DNA from: Octopus sinensis
Taxonomy: Eukaryota
Length of the DNA: 64,000 nt
Direction of reading: 5' to 3'
Assembly: GCF_006345805.1 (NCBI RefSeq)
Contig: NC_042998.1
Location: 152,644,001-152,708,000 of the forward strand
The translations under genes and the position numbers were made by a program. How positions within the stretch are numbered: position 1 is the first letter of the stretch; each line of letters opens with the position of its first letter. The notes below the pieces were generated by a model, which was not told where the DNA came from, did no database searches, and worked only from the letters and a program-made list of their open reading frames with translations. This document shows, one piece after another, positions 11,401 to 24,339 of the stretch.

Positions 11401-14400
11401 ATCTCATAACTAAATTTGAGATTATATTTTTTAAAAGTCTATAAAAATCTAAGAATTATTTAACTTTTTATGATTTGATCACTGATTGTTTTTCTGAACA
11501 ACCTGTCTGCAATAGATAATAAAAAAAAATTTAAAAAAAGAAACTTACTGTTATTAATTAATTGATAACTATTAGGTGCTGAAATATCAGAATTCTTACC
11601 GTGGGTAGGAACTATCACTGGCAATTGGTTCAATAGTTAAAGTGTTATTGTCTACACATTTCTTCACTCTTTCTGACAACTGTAACGATACATGTAAATT
11701 CAAAATAATTCAAGGAATAAAACTTTATTTCAAAGTCGAGTATTTTGGAAGATTTGCTTTGTAATTATAAAGAGCTGCTCTGCCACCACCATTTAAAAAA
11801 ATGTTCACTAACATTACCCACAATGTGGCAATAGCACTAGTATCCACAATAGTTATTAGTCATTGGATACCGTTATATCTCTTCATACCAGAATAGTAAT
11901 ACACTAACCTCTGTCTTTCTATCATTGATAGCTTCACAAAACACTGACTACAACTCCTAGTGAGAAGTGGTAGGAGTCAGCTATTATAAATAGACCAGTA
12001 GACAGTTATCAAGAGAGGATCGAGTCAAAGAGTTAAGAGCCAACAGTTCTAGTCAGTGTCTTGTGGAGCTATCAGTGATAGTTAAACAGAAGTTAGTGTA
12101 TTACTATTCCAGTACAAGGAGATACAATGGTATCTTCAAAGTGTATTTAATCTCCATGCTTCCAACCATGATTAGCAAAGACACTGGATAGATCAAACAA
12201 ATGCAACATGCTGTCTTGCATATTTTGTGCTGCATGCAACTAAGCATGGCTTTGCAGAGTGTACAGCATAATCTAAGTTAAATTACTTTATATATGACCA
12301 ATTTATTACCAATTTTAATATACTTGTTTCCATGAAAATTGGTTACCTAATAGCAGCAAGATGACAGATTGCAATAAAATTCTCAGAAGTTAACTCAAGT
12401 TTTTGGAATCAAGTACTTTTGTAATAAGAAACAGAATGTGTGATGATGTCAAAGACTAAATTCATTGTCTCTTCTATTCAAGACACTCCAAAAGTGTATA
12501 ATCTAGTTCATCTTGTGTGTGTGTGTGTGCATATATATAGATATATATATATATACACACACATACACACATAGATATATACAGAGAGAGAGATAATAGC
12601 AAACAAAAACTTTAAATAACATTCTCAATATTTTGTGGGTTAATCAAATTAGGAATGAAATTAATAAATAATTTAATTTGTTAGTATTCTCACATTAGTG
12701 TTGGAAAAGTTCAAGCATGGGCTTATATCTTCTAGGAAAACTCTTGACAAAAATGAAGAAGGCTGTTCAGTCTGCTGGGATTGTTCTCGCCACTGGCAAA
12801 ACTCTTCAAAACAGACAAGGTCAATCTGAAACACAAAATAAAATATTCCATATAACATTTCTTTATTTAGCTTACATAATTTAGTAAAAGTCAGCTCACT
12901 GGAACTGAACTCATTGAACTTTACTTCAAATAATAATAACTATGCTTAGGTGTTACTTTACACATACAATATTTGAGAGTAGCACACACTTGTATATCCA
13001 TACAGATAGTTTCTCCAATTGTCTCATTAGTTTGTGTTTAAACTTTCTTATACTGATATTAGATATACAGAGTTAAACTATGTACGATACACAGCTATGA
13101 CTTATGAAGCATTTGTTATTTTTAAAACCCAAGAAAGTTTAAGCTATATCACCTTTCTCTTCTGTAACAAATGACATGCATATAAGGACTTTCATATATT
13201 CCTCAACATGCTATATATATTTTCAGGGTAGGATATGGGCTAGTCACCTGCATAATTAATTAGGTCATTCAGGAAGGTGTAATAGGCAGTGACTGGCAGG
13301 GATGGCCTTAGGAGGTGTGGAGCCCAACAGGGTGAGGCAAGGAGAGAATTTCCAAGGATCCATCCTACCACCTCACCCTCCAATTTCCATGGAAAAAATC
13401 ATTTGCAGGATATTAGGAGATGAGATTTGTTGATAGCATGAGAAAAAAATGAAGTTGGTTATTAAAAATTTTCACCATCAATAAGTGAAACTACATCTAA
13501 ACTACACTTTGTAAAAATATTCTGGCAAAAATTGGGAAGAAATTTAACAAGATTTATTGGAAAATTTTAAATTACAGTTAATTTTTTCTTATTCGCACAG
13601 CTAAAATACATTTTGTCATTTTAACAGCTTAAATATATATTTCTATCTAATTTATTCTATAATTTTTATTTACGTCATATTTTCATGCGATATATTTCTT
13701 ATAAACGCAAAGTTCTACATATTACGTTTAAAATTTTAGTTAACAGAAATTCTTCGATAAGTTATGGTTTTATTTTAAGTAATATTGTTAAATGTTTTTC
13801 AATTATTTATTGATAAAACATGTATTTTTCTATATTTATTTGATAATTATTATAAGTTAAGATACAAACATTTATTTTATTACTAGCAAAGTTACCCCGC
13901 ATTGCCCGTGTTAAATACAATTGAAGAATTAGTCTTTTCTGTTATATTTTCTGTAATGAACTGGAATACCTATATTTCGAATTTCATCAAAATTGCAAAA
14001 AATTGTAATCGTGCCACATGTATCCCATACTACTGATTTTTATGCGCATATTCTAAAATTCCAGTCTTATAGAACCTGTTAAAAGGATTTTGCTCCTGTA
14101 AAATGGAGGTCATGGAGCTCTAAAATGTGAGAGTTAAGGCCCCTGTTGGGGGTTGGCATCTTAATGTCAACCAGAGAAGTTGAATTGTTGAGAATCTTTT
14201 TAACTTGGGTTTTATATCTATTGTTTGAATTTCTTTGAAATAGGAAATATATGTTCACTGGGTTTGTAAAAGAGAGCAAAGCTACAGGAAACCAAAAGAC
14301 AAATGATCACAATAAGCAGTCAGTTACCCTACACTAGTCATTACCACTCCCAATGTAGGATTCGTCACCATCCAGGTGACAGGCACAGCCGTAAGATGCA

Positions 14401-17400
14401 TTACAAATCTATAGCAATTGGAAGGGCGTGACGCAACTGAAATAAACATTAACAGCTGTGTGACGTGAGGGCTAAGGAGAAATGAAAGTTGGAGTTTGCA
14501 AATGACCACTATACTGATACGTAACTGGACAGAATAAATTTGCAATCTATAAATGTCTTTGAATAACCAGTCACTCATCTGGGAAGGCCTTGAAATCAAA
14601 GTTACCGTCTGGGGTCTATGTGTGACCCAGTGATAATAAAAAGACTGAAAGGAGGTCTGCAATCAAATAACTTTACTCAACACTTTGCAACTGAATAGGT
14701 GGAGACAAAGATGCCTCTCATTTACTTAACAATTTATGCAGCACATTGCAGAAATTACAATCTAAGTGTATGTCAAAACAAACTGTTATACTGTTGTACC
14801 ACTGAATTACAAATAATGCTCATCTTCTATGCTCGGGTTATCTAACCATAACCACCATTTTAAGAAAGACAGAATCCTTTACAATATTACCTGGTCTATT
14901 ATTAAAATGGGAAGGCTGTATGAAGGAGGCAGAACTCCATGCAACCTCCGTAGTAAAGACTTCATTGAGATTTCAAGATGAAGTTTCCACTGTCTTCTAA
15001 ACTGCCAAAAAGGAGCTATCACTTTTTGCAGACACTAATTCTTGAAAACAATTTCTTTTTTACCTTATATAGATATGTTCTGCTTGAGTTAGATCTATGT
15101 ATTCCTCGTATTTCTCAGACACTTACCTGCTTTGGTGGGGTTTCTAATTTTTAGATTTTACTGATAACATTTTCTATTGCCAAACATAATAGGTAATACA
15201 TGTTTATATCATTTCAACCCTGTTTAATACTTATATATATTAGTCTGTCAATTAATTGTACATTTACTTCTATCACTGTTTTGAACTCCTTCCTGTAACC
15301 AGATGAATTTCAGCAATCATCTATCTTTACATCCTTATCTAAATGTTCTATTGAAGTCATCATGTTTTTGTACACTTGGATGATTTCACACATTTTGACA
15401 GCTAGACAATCAGGCAGACCTATATCCAAAGGGGAGCTGAACAAGCCTTCCTTTCAATTTCTATCTTTTTCTTTCTTGCCTTTATACTCATCACCATCAT
15501 TTAATATCCATTTTCCATGCTGGATGGTTTGACAGGAGCTGGCCAACCCTTTGATATTTAATTCAACTGCACAGTCTGCTAACCTTCACCCTACAGACAC
15601 CTATTTGTCTTGAGCAAACTACTACAGTTTTGCTTCTGTATTCCTCAGTCCCATCCTCCTTCCTTTTTCTAGTTCTCCATGGCATTCAACCGACTAACTC
15701 ACTTCAAGCACTTGTTATGCATGTCCTCTAACTCATACATACTCTATTAATCTATCTCCCTCTATGAGTTGGTGTTACATTAGGAACTTCAATAGCTAAA
15801 ACCCCATTGCTTTCTGAATTGTCCAAATAATTTAAACTTGTGTTAATTCATATACATTTGCTAAAATCAATCTACTTCATATATATGTATATACAATGCA
15901 CATCACTGTACATACCAAAGAAATATCTGTAATTGATTACCCACATCCTCCACTCTATTATTTGTGAGGTTCAAGAAGCAACACCCAAGACTTGCGTATC
16001 TATCCAGGATGAACCACAATGAAGGACTACATGAATTCTCTTCTCTTTCATCTGTGACATTAGAGTATGAACTTTCAGGATATATACATATCTATGAAGA
16101 ATTACTATGAACTTTCACACTCTTGATTTTCCAGTTATTCAATTTAATTTCTCATTTCTGTATAACTACTTCATAAATAATTTGTTGCCTTCTACAACTA
16201 CTTATCCATCTTTCATTTTATGATATTTTCATTAGCTCAACTGGTATGCTGCCTACAGCCAACACTTATTTGCCTGGTTTCAGTATCCCTTTGTTCAACA
16301 CTGGATTTTAGGTAGTTGGTTCAGTCTGAGCACTTATTGTCTGCCATTTGTTTACTATTTTTCTAATTACATATATATAAATACACACACACACACACAC
16401 ATACATACATACATATACACCCATATATGTAAGTATGCTTGTTTGTATGTAGGTATGTGTGGGTGTGTTTGTACCCTTGCCTTGACAACATCTGATGGTT
16501 GTAAATGAGCATCACCATCATACAAGTGAAGATGTTTGTTTCCAATCTTTTGTGACAAACACATAGAGGGAAATATTATCTTATTTGGAAATAGATGAGG
16601 GTTGGCAACAGAAGGGCATTTGGCTGTAGAAAATTTGCCTCAGTGAATTCCTTCAGAGTCACATAACTATGGAAAAGTGGACATTAAAAAGATGACAATG
16701 ATGAAATACCAATTGTATACAAATAAACTTTCTGGTTATGATAAAAGTCAAGCAACTATGTTAATCCATCCTAAGTTATTTCGCAATATTCAACAAATAC
16801 AAGAACACCCTTGACATCACATCTGTGTCTCCTCTCTATATACCCAGGGTTCACCAGTCACTGCATCCCACATTCCTCACCTTTGCACATTCATGTTAGC
16901 TCCCTACACATGCACTCTCAGCAACACTTTACCATCCCATTTATATTCTCATCTCCATACCTTGAGAGTATGCTTTGGCACATTGCCATTATCACTCTTG
17001 CTCTCTCTCATTCTCACTCTCTCTCTCTCTTTCCTGCTGACTGGAATAACCATCTATCTCCTCTGCAGTGAGACACCTGTTTTCATCCCTCAGTCACACT
17101 CTAACCTTTCATCACAAAGCCACCTCCACCAATACGCTCCTCATTTCTTAGAGGGTCTCTGTCTTGCAAATTATTTGGTGACTTCACCAGTGCTGGTGCC
17201 ATGTAAAAAAAGCACCCAGTCACTCTGTAAAGTGGATGGCAGTTTGAAGGGTATCCAGCTTTAAAATATATGACAAAGCAAACCTTGACAGTGCTGGTAA
17301 CATGTAAAAAGCGCCCAGCCCACTCTGTAAACTAATTGGTATTAGGAAGAGCATCCAGCCTTAAAAACCCTGCCAAAACAGACCTTGTCAGTGCTGGTGC

Positions 17401-17817
17401 CATGTGAGAAGCACCCAGTTCATTTTGTAAAGTGGTTGGTTTTTGGGAGGGCAAAAACCATGCCAAAAGACAGGGGAGTTTGGTGCAGTGCTCTGTCTTG
17501 TCAGCTCCTGTTGAACTGTCCAACCCATGCCAACATGGAAGACAGATGTTAAAGGATGATAATGATAAGAAAAACAAAAAACATCTAACCTGAGTAGTGT
17601 GTCCATTTTCTCCTTCATCAGTTTCTCCCCGTGTCTCCTTTGTAAACTCATGGTGGCTTGTTGAACGACGATGTGTTTTCCAAAATGGCCGACTGCTTTC
17701 TTTTTTTTTGTTACTAGTTGTATCAATCTGTGGGTGCAGATGTTTGTTGGGTGTGCTGGGTGTTGATGTAAGGACCAGAGTTTTCAGAGCAGTCACTTCA
17801 GCCTGAAGTACTTCAAT
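5398..17817 (-). CDS. RAB3IP: Rab3A-interacting protein / Rabin8 (RAB3IP/RAB3IL1-like Rab8/Rab3 GEF), 3' partial; join(complement 17590-17817, 12694-12825, 11600-11679, 9366-9465, 5910-5976, 5398-5468)
   Basis: Six GT-AG exons with consistent phases (0,0,2,0,1) translate to [21 protein letters not shown]...[12 protein letters not shown]...[16 protein letters not shown]...NNTLTIEP...WCTLSQ...CNYKIHLG...[28 protein letters not shown]...[17 protein letters not shown]. This matches the recalled Rabin8/GRAB C-terminal half ([45 protein letters not shown]). Confidence 0.93.
5910..5976 (-). CDS. RAB3IP: RAB3IP-like penultimate exon
   Basis: Acceptor tttatttcag, donor gtgagt; 67 nt; [22 protein letters not shown]. 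Confidence 0.95.
6250..7480 (-). mobile_element. pogo/Tigger-like DNA transposon remnant
   Basis: Degenerate motifs [12 protein letters not shown] (about 6660-6700) and GWCIKFMRF (CENP-B HTH, about 7060-7090). Confidence 0.6.
7980..8540 (+). mobile_element. old RTE LINE 3' fragments
   Basis: Two degenerate copies of the RTE C-terminal region (GRPKKTW-like, [10 protein letters not shown]). Confidence 0.65.
9366..9465 (-). CDS. RAB3IP: RAB3IP-like exon (Cys-rich Rab11-binding C-terminal domain)
   Basis: Acceptor ctcttaacag, donor gtaagt; 100 nt; [33 protein letters not shown]. Confidence 0.92.
9800..10680 (+). mobile_element. decayed Jockey/CR1-type LINE 3' fragment
   Basis: [12 protein letters not shown]-like C-terminal motif near 10570-10610; heavily degenerate. 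Confidence 0.45.
10731..11192. mobile_element. foldback/MITE element with about 190-bp imperfect inverted arms
   Basis: Left arm aaagtgggttcctcgcactggtgtga...cattggatacc...gaatagtaatacactaac...gatagcttcacaaaacactgacta mirrors right arm tagtcagtgtcttgtggagctatca...gttagtgtattactattc...ggtatccaatg...tcacaccagtgggaagaatccacttt. Confidence 0.85.
11600..11679 (-). CDS. RAB3IP: RAB3IP-like exon
   Basis: Acceptor cgttacag, donor gtaaga; 80 nt; [26 protein letters not shown](R). Confidence 0.9.
11837..12134. repeat. near-identical partial duplicate of the foldback element core (10799-11096)
   Basis: About 297-bp direct repeat with only a few differences visible. Confidence 0.92.
12694..12825 (-). 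CDS. RAB3IP: RAB3IP-like exon
   Basis: Acceptor tgtgtttcag, donor gtgaga; 132 nt; [15 protein letters not shown]...[20 protein letters not shown]. Confidence 0.92.
13883..14700 (-). mobile_element. Helitron-like 3' end remnant
   Basis: Minus-strand hairpin plus CTAG-T terminus (plus strand a-ctag-caaagttaccccgcattgcccgtg), the same terminus type as 43369; internal extent uncertain. Confidence 0.5.
17150..17570 (+). mobile_element. RTE-family 3' end with about 107-bp unit triplicated
   Basis: gtgctggt(g)ccatgtaaaaagcacccag...ctgtaaa x3, then caacccatgccaacatggaa...gatgataatgat tail. Confidence 0.75.
17590..17817 (-). CDS. RAB3IP: RAB3IP-like exon (end of Sec2 coiled coil plus linker)
   Basis: Acceptor ttttatggtag, donor CAG|gttag; 228 nt; [31 protein letters not shown]...HTTQ. 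Confidence 0.92.
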
Positions 17818-18685
17818 CTACCATAAAAGGAATCAGTTGGCAACTGTTAAACTTCCATTGCAACAGGAGTACATACTCAAGAAATAATTGTTAGAATAGT
17901 TTTCCATAAAAATATTCTTGAAGCAATAAATATTTACATTAATTTCAATGTTATTTTATTTCTAATTAACAAATAAAAATGCAATATTTTACACATGTTA
18001 ACAGCTGAGATTTAATATGTTCAATCAGGCTATGAACTTAAAATTGTTAAGCAAAACAAGAGTATCTAGAGACAACTGTTTACTTACTATTTTAGGTATA
18101 AATTTTGTTGTTTGGAATCAGTTAAGTCAGGCAGTTGCAGAATAAACAAATATGACTGTTTGTTTGTTTGTATGGATGGATGGATGGAAGGAAGGAAGGA
18201 AGGAAGGAAGGAGGGAAGGAAGGAAGGAGGGAGGGGGGAGGGAGTAGAAGCAGCAGAGAAATTGGCATTAGAAGTTAACACAGGTATGTAAAACCTCTTT
18301 GCACCTAGGAAACAACAATGTTAAAAATGAAAATTTTGCAAAGGTAGTCTGTAATTAGAACATGCAAGAAAATTTTTGGTAGATACAAAAGATGAAGGAG
18401 ATTTTTCATGTATGAATGTATTTAGCAGCATTAATACTAACGATGTGAAAGCAGTAGATTACTAAAAAAGTTTGACAGATGTGGTACATAGTTTTTGCTA
18501 TTGAGTTGGCGTAATTGAAAAAGGAAGTAGCTGTGGGACAAGAATACTTGTCAAGAGTGATTAAATTTTGACAACAAAAGAATTACCAAGTAATACACAA
18601 AGCAGTTCATCTATCTACATTTGTAACACAAAACTCGAGTTGTCATAGGTATCAAGTCATTGTTTATAAAACAATATTTGTGTAT

Positions 18686-19820
18686 ACAAAAGTTGTCTGA
18701 AAAGTTCAAAGCACATGCAATATGACCAAATGTAGTTTATTTTCCAACATAATTCCTCTTGCAATCCATCAGTGTTGCTGTGCATGGATCCCACAGGTGA
18801 AAAAGCTTTCAATCTGCTAGTCAAAAAAAGTCATCAACAGCAGACATGACATCATCATCACTGCAATACTTGTTTCCAGCCAAGTGTTTTTTCATGTTGG
18901 GGAACAGATGTTAGTTAGATGATGCCAAATCAGTAGAATAGGGAGGTTGATCAACCAGTTCAAATCCATAGTCATGCACAGTGGGCATTGAAACCTAAGA
19001 CTTCTGTGCTGGAGCATGGTCCTGATGAAACAAGACCCCTTTCATCAATTTTCCAGAGCATTTGGTTTTGATAGCCTTTCATAACTGCTTCATCAACTTG
19101 ATATAATACTCTCCACTGATGGTGCAGCACTTTTGATGATATTCAATAAACACAATGCCTTTTGCATCTCAAAAAACTTCTCTGCAGATGAAACAACCTT
19201 GACCTTCTTTGGAGAAGGTGAGGAAGGGTGTTCCCACCACATGGATTGTCTCATTGTCTCTTGCTCAAAGTGATGAACAACCTCATGCTGGTGAGGAAAT
19301 GTTTAAAGAAACCAGCTGGATCTGCATCAAACAATGTCAGATTTTCCTGTGATGTGATCAGCTTGGTGCACTTTCAACAAGTGTCTGAAGACATGACACC
19401 CACTGAGCAAAAACCTTCATCATGCCAAGACAGGATATACTAATAGCATTGGCTATTTGATTTATAGTCAATTGCCTGTCATCCATCATCATATGGTGAA
19501 CATGATCAATGTTTTCTTTGGTGGTGACAGTTGCAGGACATCCAGACCATGCCTAAATTCAGCTGCCCACTTTTTGCACTGCTGACAAAGCTGGTGTACC
19601 ATCTCTTATGTAGCAAGCATGTTAGCATGAATATCCTTGGGGGTTAAACCCTTTTTCTACAGGTGCTCAGTTTTGTTGATTTTTGAGAGAAGTCACTACT
19701 AGCTATTTTTGAAGTCTTCTTTGAACAGTCAGATGTTACAGGGTGAGAACACTAAGCAGTGATGTGTATAAATGCAATGTCATTGCCAATTCAAATATGC
19801 TAGTGGCACATTCAAACTTG
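18686..19820 (-). mobile_element. mariner (Tc1/mariner) transposon remnant
   Basis: Degenerate transposase motifs on the minus strand (VLFHQDHAPAQK near 19000-19040) and a TIR-like end ttgtctgaaaagttc. Confidence 0.7.
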
Positions 19821-20076
19821 TAAGCAAGACATTCACTGTTTTGTCATGGAGAAAATTTCTTGCTGTAGACAAATGGTGTAAATACACCTAAAACAGTTAG
19901 CCCTAAAGTTATTGTAGTAGATTTTCAAAACTTCCAAGAAACATATATTCATATCGAGGTGGAGTTGCATAGATCAGATTTATAAACATCAAGAATCCTT
20001 GATCTAGGTAATACAGTAGGTGGAGATTGTATCTAAATGAGATGTCCAATTACCTTCTTTGATTTAGTGTATATAT

Positions 20077-20306
20077 TTCTTTACTACCCATAAGGGGCTA
20101 AACACAGAGGAGACAAACAAGGACAGAGAAAGGGATTAAGTCGATTACATTGACCCCAGTGCGTAACTGGTACTTAATTTATCGACCCCGGAAGGATGAA
20201 AGGCAAAGTCGACCTTGGCGGAATTTGAACTCAGAACGTAACGGCAGACAAAATACGGCAACGCATTTCGCCCGGCGTGCTAACGTTTCTGCCAGCTCGC
20301 CGCCTT
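20077..20306 (-). mobile_element. tRNA-derived SINE
   Basis: Head GGCGGCGAGCTGGCAGAAACGTTAGC...GAGTTCAAATTCC (A/B boxes), conserved body atcgaccccggaaggatgaaaggcaaagtcgacc; imperfect TSD atttagt(g/a)tata on both sides. Confidence 0.88.
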
Positions 20307-20339
20307 TAATTTAGTATATAAATTTGGCAAATTCACAGT

Positions 20340-21320
20340 ACTTGACAGGTCAAAAAATCATCAATTTAAAAAAAGACTAGTTCATTGAATACAGAGAAAA
20401 CAGAATTACTGTATTTCACCAATGAAGAGTAGTTTGCATATAAGTTAAAACAGAGAAGAGATTTGAAAATAACTAAATGAAGAATAAGAGAGTTTACTGA
20501 GTATATAATAAATGTAAGTATCACTATGAATTTCTGAAAATATTTAAATCTAACTTCTACTGTACTTTTTCTTGGAGAGCATCCAAAAACAAACATACTG
20601 ATACCTCATTTGAGAAATTTAGATGAATATTTTAGGAAATATGACAGTTTGAATGGTCAGTGAATTGGTCAAAATCTTGCCTAATTTGCCTAAATGTAGC
20701 TATATTTGTGATGTCATATCTTTGAAGCAGGTGATAATCCTTTTCAAATTACACAAATTAATAGTGTCCATGGGATAGCTTTTGCTTTTTTCTTTTTCAG
20801 GTTCTTGAAAATGAAACTTTTCTTTGGCAATATTTTGAATATTTAGGTAAAGCTTATCTTGTTGCATGTAATAAACAGTCAATTTCATGGTGTTTTCTAA
20901 CCTTGCTGAATCCAAAAGAACAAGTGACAGGGACTTGAATTTTGACATTTTTGTAGTCAGTATAGAACAAAAATAAATTCTGAAAATTTTAATGAGCTAT
21001 TAAAAATGGTTATAAACAGCAGTTTCAGAATAGGATGCCCACATAAGTTGAATTTTCTGTTTTGATAGGGATTTTCCAATATTTTTTCACTACAGCTTTG
21101 GAAATTATGAGGGTAAGATTTTTATGAGAAAAAGTTTTTGAAAATATTTTTTTTCACCTATCACTCCATCCCCCTCTGGACTGATTTTGACCAATTTGTT
21201 TTGGCACTATGCAGCTAAAAACGATGGGAGAACCCTGTTCAAAAAAGTTTGAAAATATTTTCAGACAGAAAGGTGTGTGATTGAAGGGAGATTTAACAGT
21301 AGTTTCTCGCACAACCTAGT
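20340..21320. mobile_element. non-autonomous interspersed repeat, copy 1 (putative DNA transposon)
   Basis: Long diverged homology with 27360-28190. Confidence 0.65.
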
Positions 21321-21929
21321 ACGATTCTCATTTCTTTGACACTCTGACATGTATTATATGTTTTTCAATATTTTTCTCCCCATAAATGCATTTTATGGAT
21401 TGTTGATGCAGAAGTAGTACATGGGTTTGTTTAGCCTGAAGGTGGCCCATTGCTGGGATTTAAGCAATGAAAAGAAAAATTTTCCAATTCAAATTTTTAC
21501 CCCTCCTCCCTGCATCAAGTGAGTCCATGTGCGAGTGTGAATGTATGTGTGTGTGTAAGAAACACACATACATATACGTTAATATTTATTAACGGAAAAG
21601 TATGCTATTAAAATAAATGATCTTTTACATACCTTTTTAAAACCATTGTGGATAAATTCCAGTGTGACTTTATCAGCCTCTTCAACATTTTAAGATTATA
21701 AACAGAAACAAAGTAGTGGGGTGGAAAAAATCATAAATTAAAAAAAAATTTTTTAATGTAATAGCGTACTTTTCTCAGAGTAAATATATTTTTTCATGTG
21801 CACACACATGCACAGACTCGCTTGTGGCCTGGTGGGGAGGAAGAAATGAGGAAGGTACAATGTGATAGTGGGATATGCAAGAAACAACAGCTAAATCTCC
21901 CTTAAATTACATCTTTTCATCTCACCACT

Positions 21930-23706
21930 GAGATTCTTAAAATATATGGAAGAGTAGGATATAGCCCAATCACCTGTGTAGTAAGTCAGGTTGCTCACAA
22001 GGGAATCATACCCAACACTAGTGCAGCAGTACTATAGCCAACTGTTACAAAGGCAAAGGTGATACCTTACACAGAAATAATTACAGAGGTATCAAATTGC
22101 TGGACCAGATAATGAAGTTATAGAGATGGTTGTAGCTCAACTAATTAGAAAAAGAGTTGGCCTAGATGAGATGCAGTTTGGTTTTGTGCCTGGGAGAAAC
22201 AAGACGCTATATTCTTGGTAAGGCAACTTCAGGAGAAGTATTTAGCCAAAAATAAACCTCTGTACTTGGCCTTTGTCAACTTATCAGGTAGTCAATGTGA
22301 AAGATATGGATATATGAGTGGTTGGTGAGAGCTGTACAAGCCATGTATAGGGATGTTGCTAGTAAGGTGAAGGTTGGTAATGAGTATAGCTATGAATTTA
22401 GTGTACAAGTAGAAGTTCACCAAAGAACTTCACTTGTTTATCACAGTCCTCTAGGCCATAACAGAGGAATTCAAGACTGGTTGCTCCTGGGAGCCCCCTA
22501 TGCTGATGACCTTGTTTTTATAGCTGAATCAATACCTGATCTACAGAAGAAACTTCAGGTGTGGAAAAAAGGCCTGGAACCTAAGGGGCTTAGAATTAAT
22601 TTAGCAAGAACCAAAGTCTTAGTAAGTAGAAAAGCAGACAAATTACAATTCCCCTCAGGGAGGTGGCCCTGCTCGATAAGAAGAGTGTTGGTAGAAACTC
22701 CATATGTTGTACTTACTGCAAGCTTTGGAGACATAAGAGGTGTAGCAATATCATAGGCAAGTCAACAAAGAAAGTAGTCTTTGTGTGTGGTAAATATGTA
22801 GGTACAATAAGTACTAAAAATATGCTTGGAGGGATCCTTAGAAGTAGTAGATAGCTTCTGCTACCTAGGTGACTGAGTTAGCAGTGGAGGAGGTAATTTT
22901 GAAAGCATAATTGCTAGAATAAGAACAGGCTGAGCAAACTTAAGAGATCTACTACATTTGTTTGTAACTAAGGGCTTCTCCCTCAGAGTGAAAGGCAGAC
23001 TGTATGATGCCTGTGTACATACAGCTATGCTACATGGTAGTGAAGCATAGGCTATGACTACAGAGGACTTAAGAAGGCTTGAAAGAAATGAAGCCAGCAT
23101 GCTCTGCTGGATGGCTAATGTCAGTGTGTATATGTGACAGAATGTAAATGATTTAAGAGGAAAACTGTGTAGAAGAGGTATCAGATGGACTGTGCTGGTA
23201 TGGTCAGGTAATATGTATGGACGAGGAAGTATTGATTACTAATTGTGGGGGGAACATGTGGAACGGGTAGACCCAAGAACATGTCAGATGCTGTGCCTCA
23301 CTGAGTAGATGACACAGGACCAGGACTCGTGGCAATTTGCTGTACTTGAGAAGACACATCAAGCTAAGTAAAATTGCAGCTATCTATACACACTGGCATG
23401 TCCTTTATAGCCATACCCTCACTCCCTCTTCCAACTGAGTGGTCTTTGTCATGTAAGTGCCACATAAAATGCATTTGTGCTGGTGCTATGTATGTAAGTG
23501 CACTCATGCTGGTGTTATGTAAGTGCACTCATGCTGGTGGCATGTATAAGCAATCCAGTGGTTGGAATTAGGAAGGGCATCTGGCCTTAGAAACCATACC
23601 AAAACAGAGAATTGGAGTCTGGACAGCTCATCAGCTGACCAGCTCTAGTCAAACCATCCAACCCATACCAGCATGGAAAGCAGATGCTAAATGATGATAA
23701 TGATGA
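21930..23706 (+). mobile_element. RTE LINE, 5'-truncated, RT to (GAT)n tail
   Basis: NYRGIKLLDQIMK, MQFGFVPG, YADDL motifs with frameshifts; tail taaatgatgataatgatga. Confidence 0.9.
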
Positions 23707-24339
23707 CACACACATGGACTATTTGTCAAATGCAAGTTTGACAAGTAGTGGCTGTATGCATTAATCCTATACAAGCAGCTGTGGTAGTCCCCTTTTTATT
23801 GACTTTGTACTTTTGTGCAATATTGTGGCCAGATTCAGCAATGGCTGTATTGAATTTGTGAGAAATTTTTCTTTCTTATGGTATAAAAATCTTGAAAAAA
23901 ATATGTTCTTTACAAGTGAAAATTAATGATAACATTTTCACTTGTATTTTATAATGATTATCTGATCTACCCCATCAATTTTTCATTTTCAAAATATAGC
24001 AAAAATTATATTCTTCATGACTATCATTTTCAACAAAAACTGAGTTATAGTGATCCTGCACATTGAACTAGAATGAGTGCTACCACTCAGTAGTCAGAAA
24101 AAAATGGGACAAACATTGTGAGTTGGTTGAAATACAAGGCTGACGGAGGGATTCTGGCATAATATGCAAGTGTCAGATTTTGATCAAAAGTTTGAGATGG
24201 AAGTTCACAGCCAGAACTTTTAAATGTTATCCATGGAAAAAATGTATTTTAATATGAAAATGATGAAGCAAAAAGTGGGTTTATACGTGGTCAAACTATG
24301 CTTGTCTTCTATTCTATAGAAGTGATATCTAATCAAAGG

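Noticed and set aside
21630-21700. Minus-strand exon-like segment NVEEADKVTLEFIHNGFKK with a gtatgt donor
   Set aside because: No clear acceptor, no convincing similarity to the Rabin8 Sec2 region, and embedded in repeat-derived sequence
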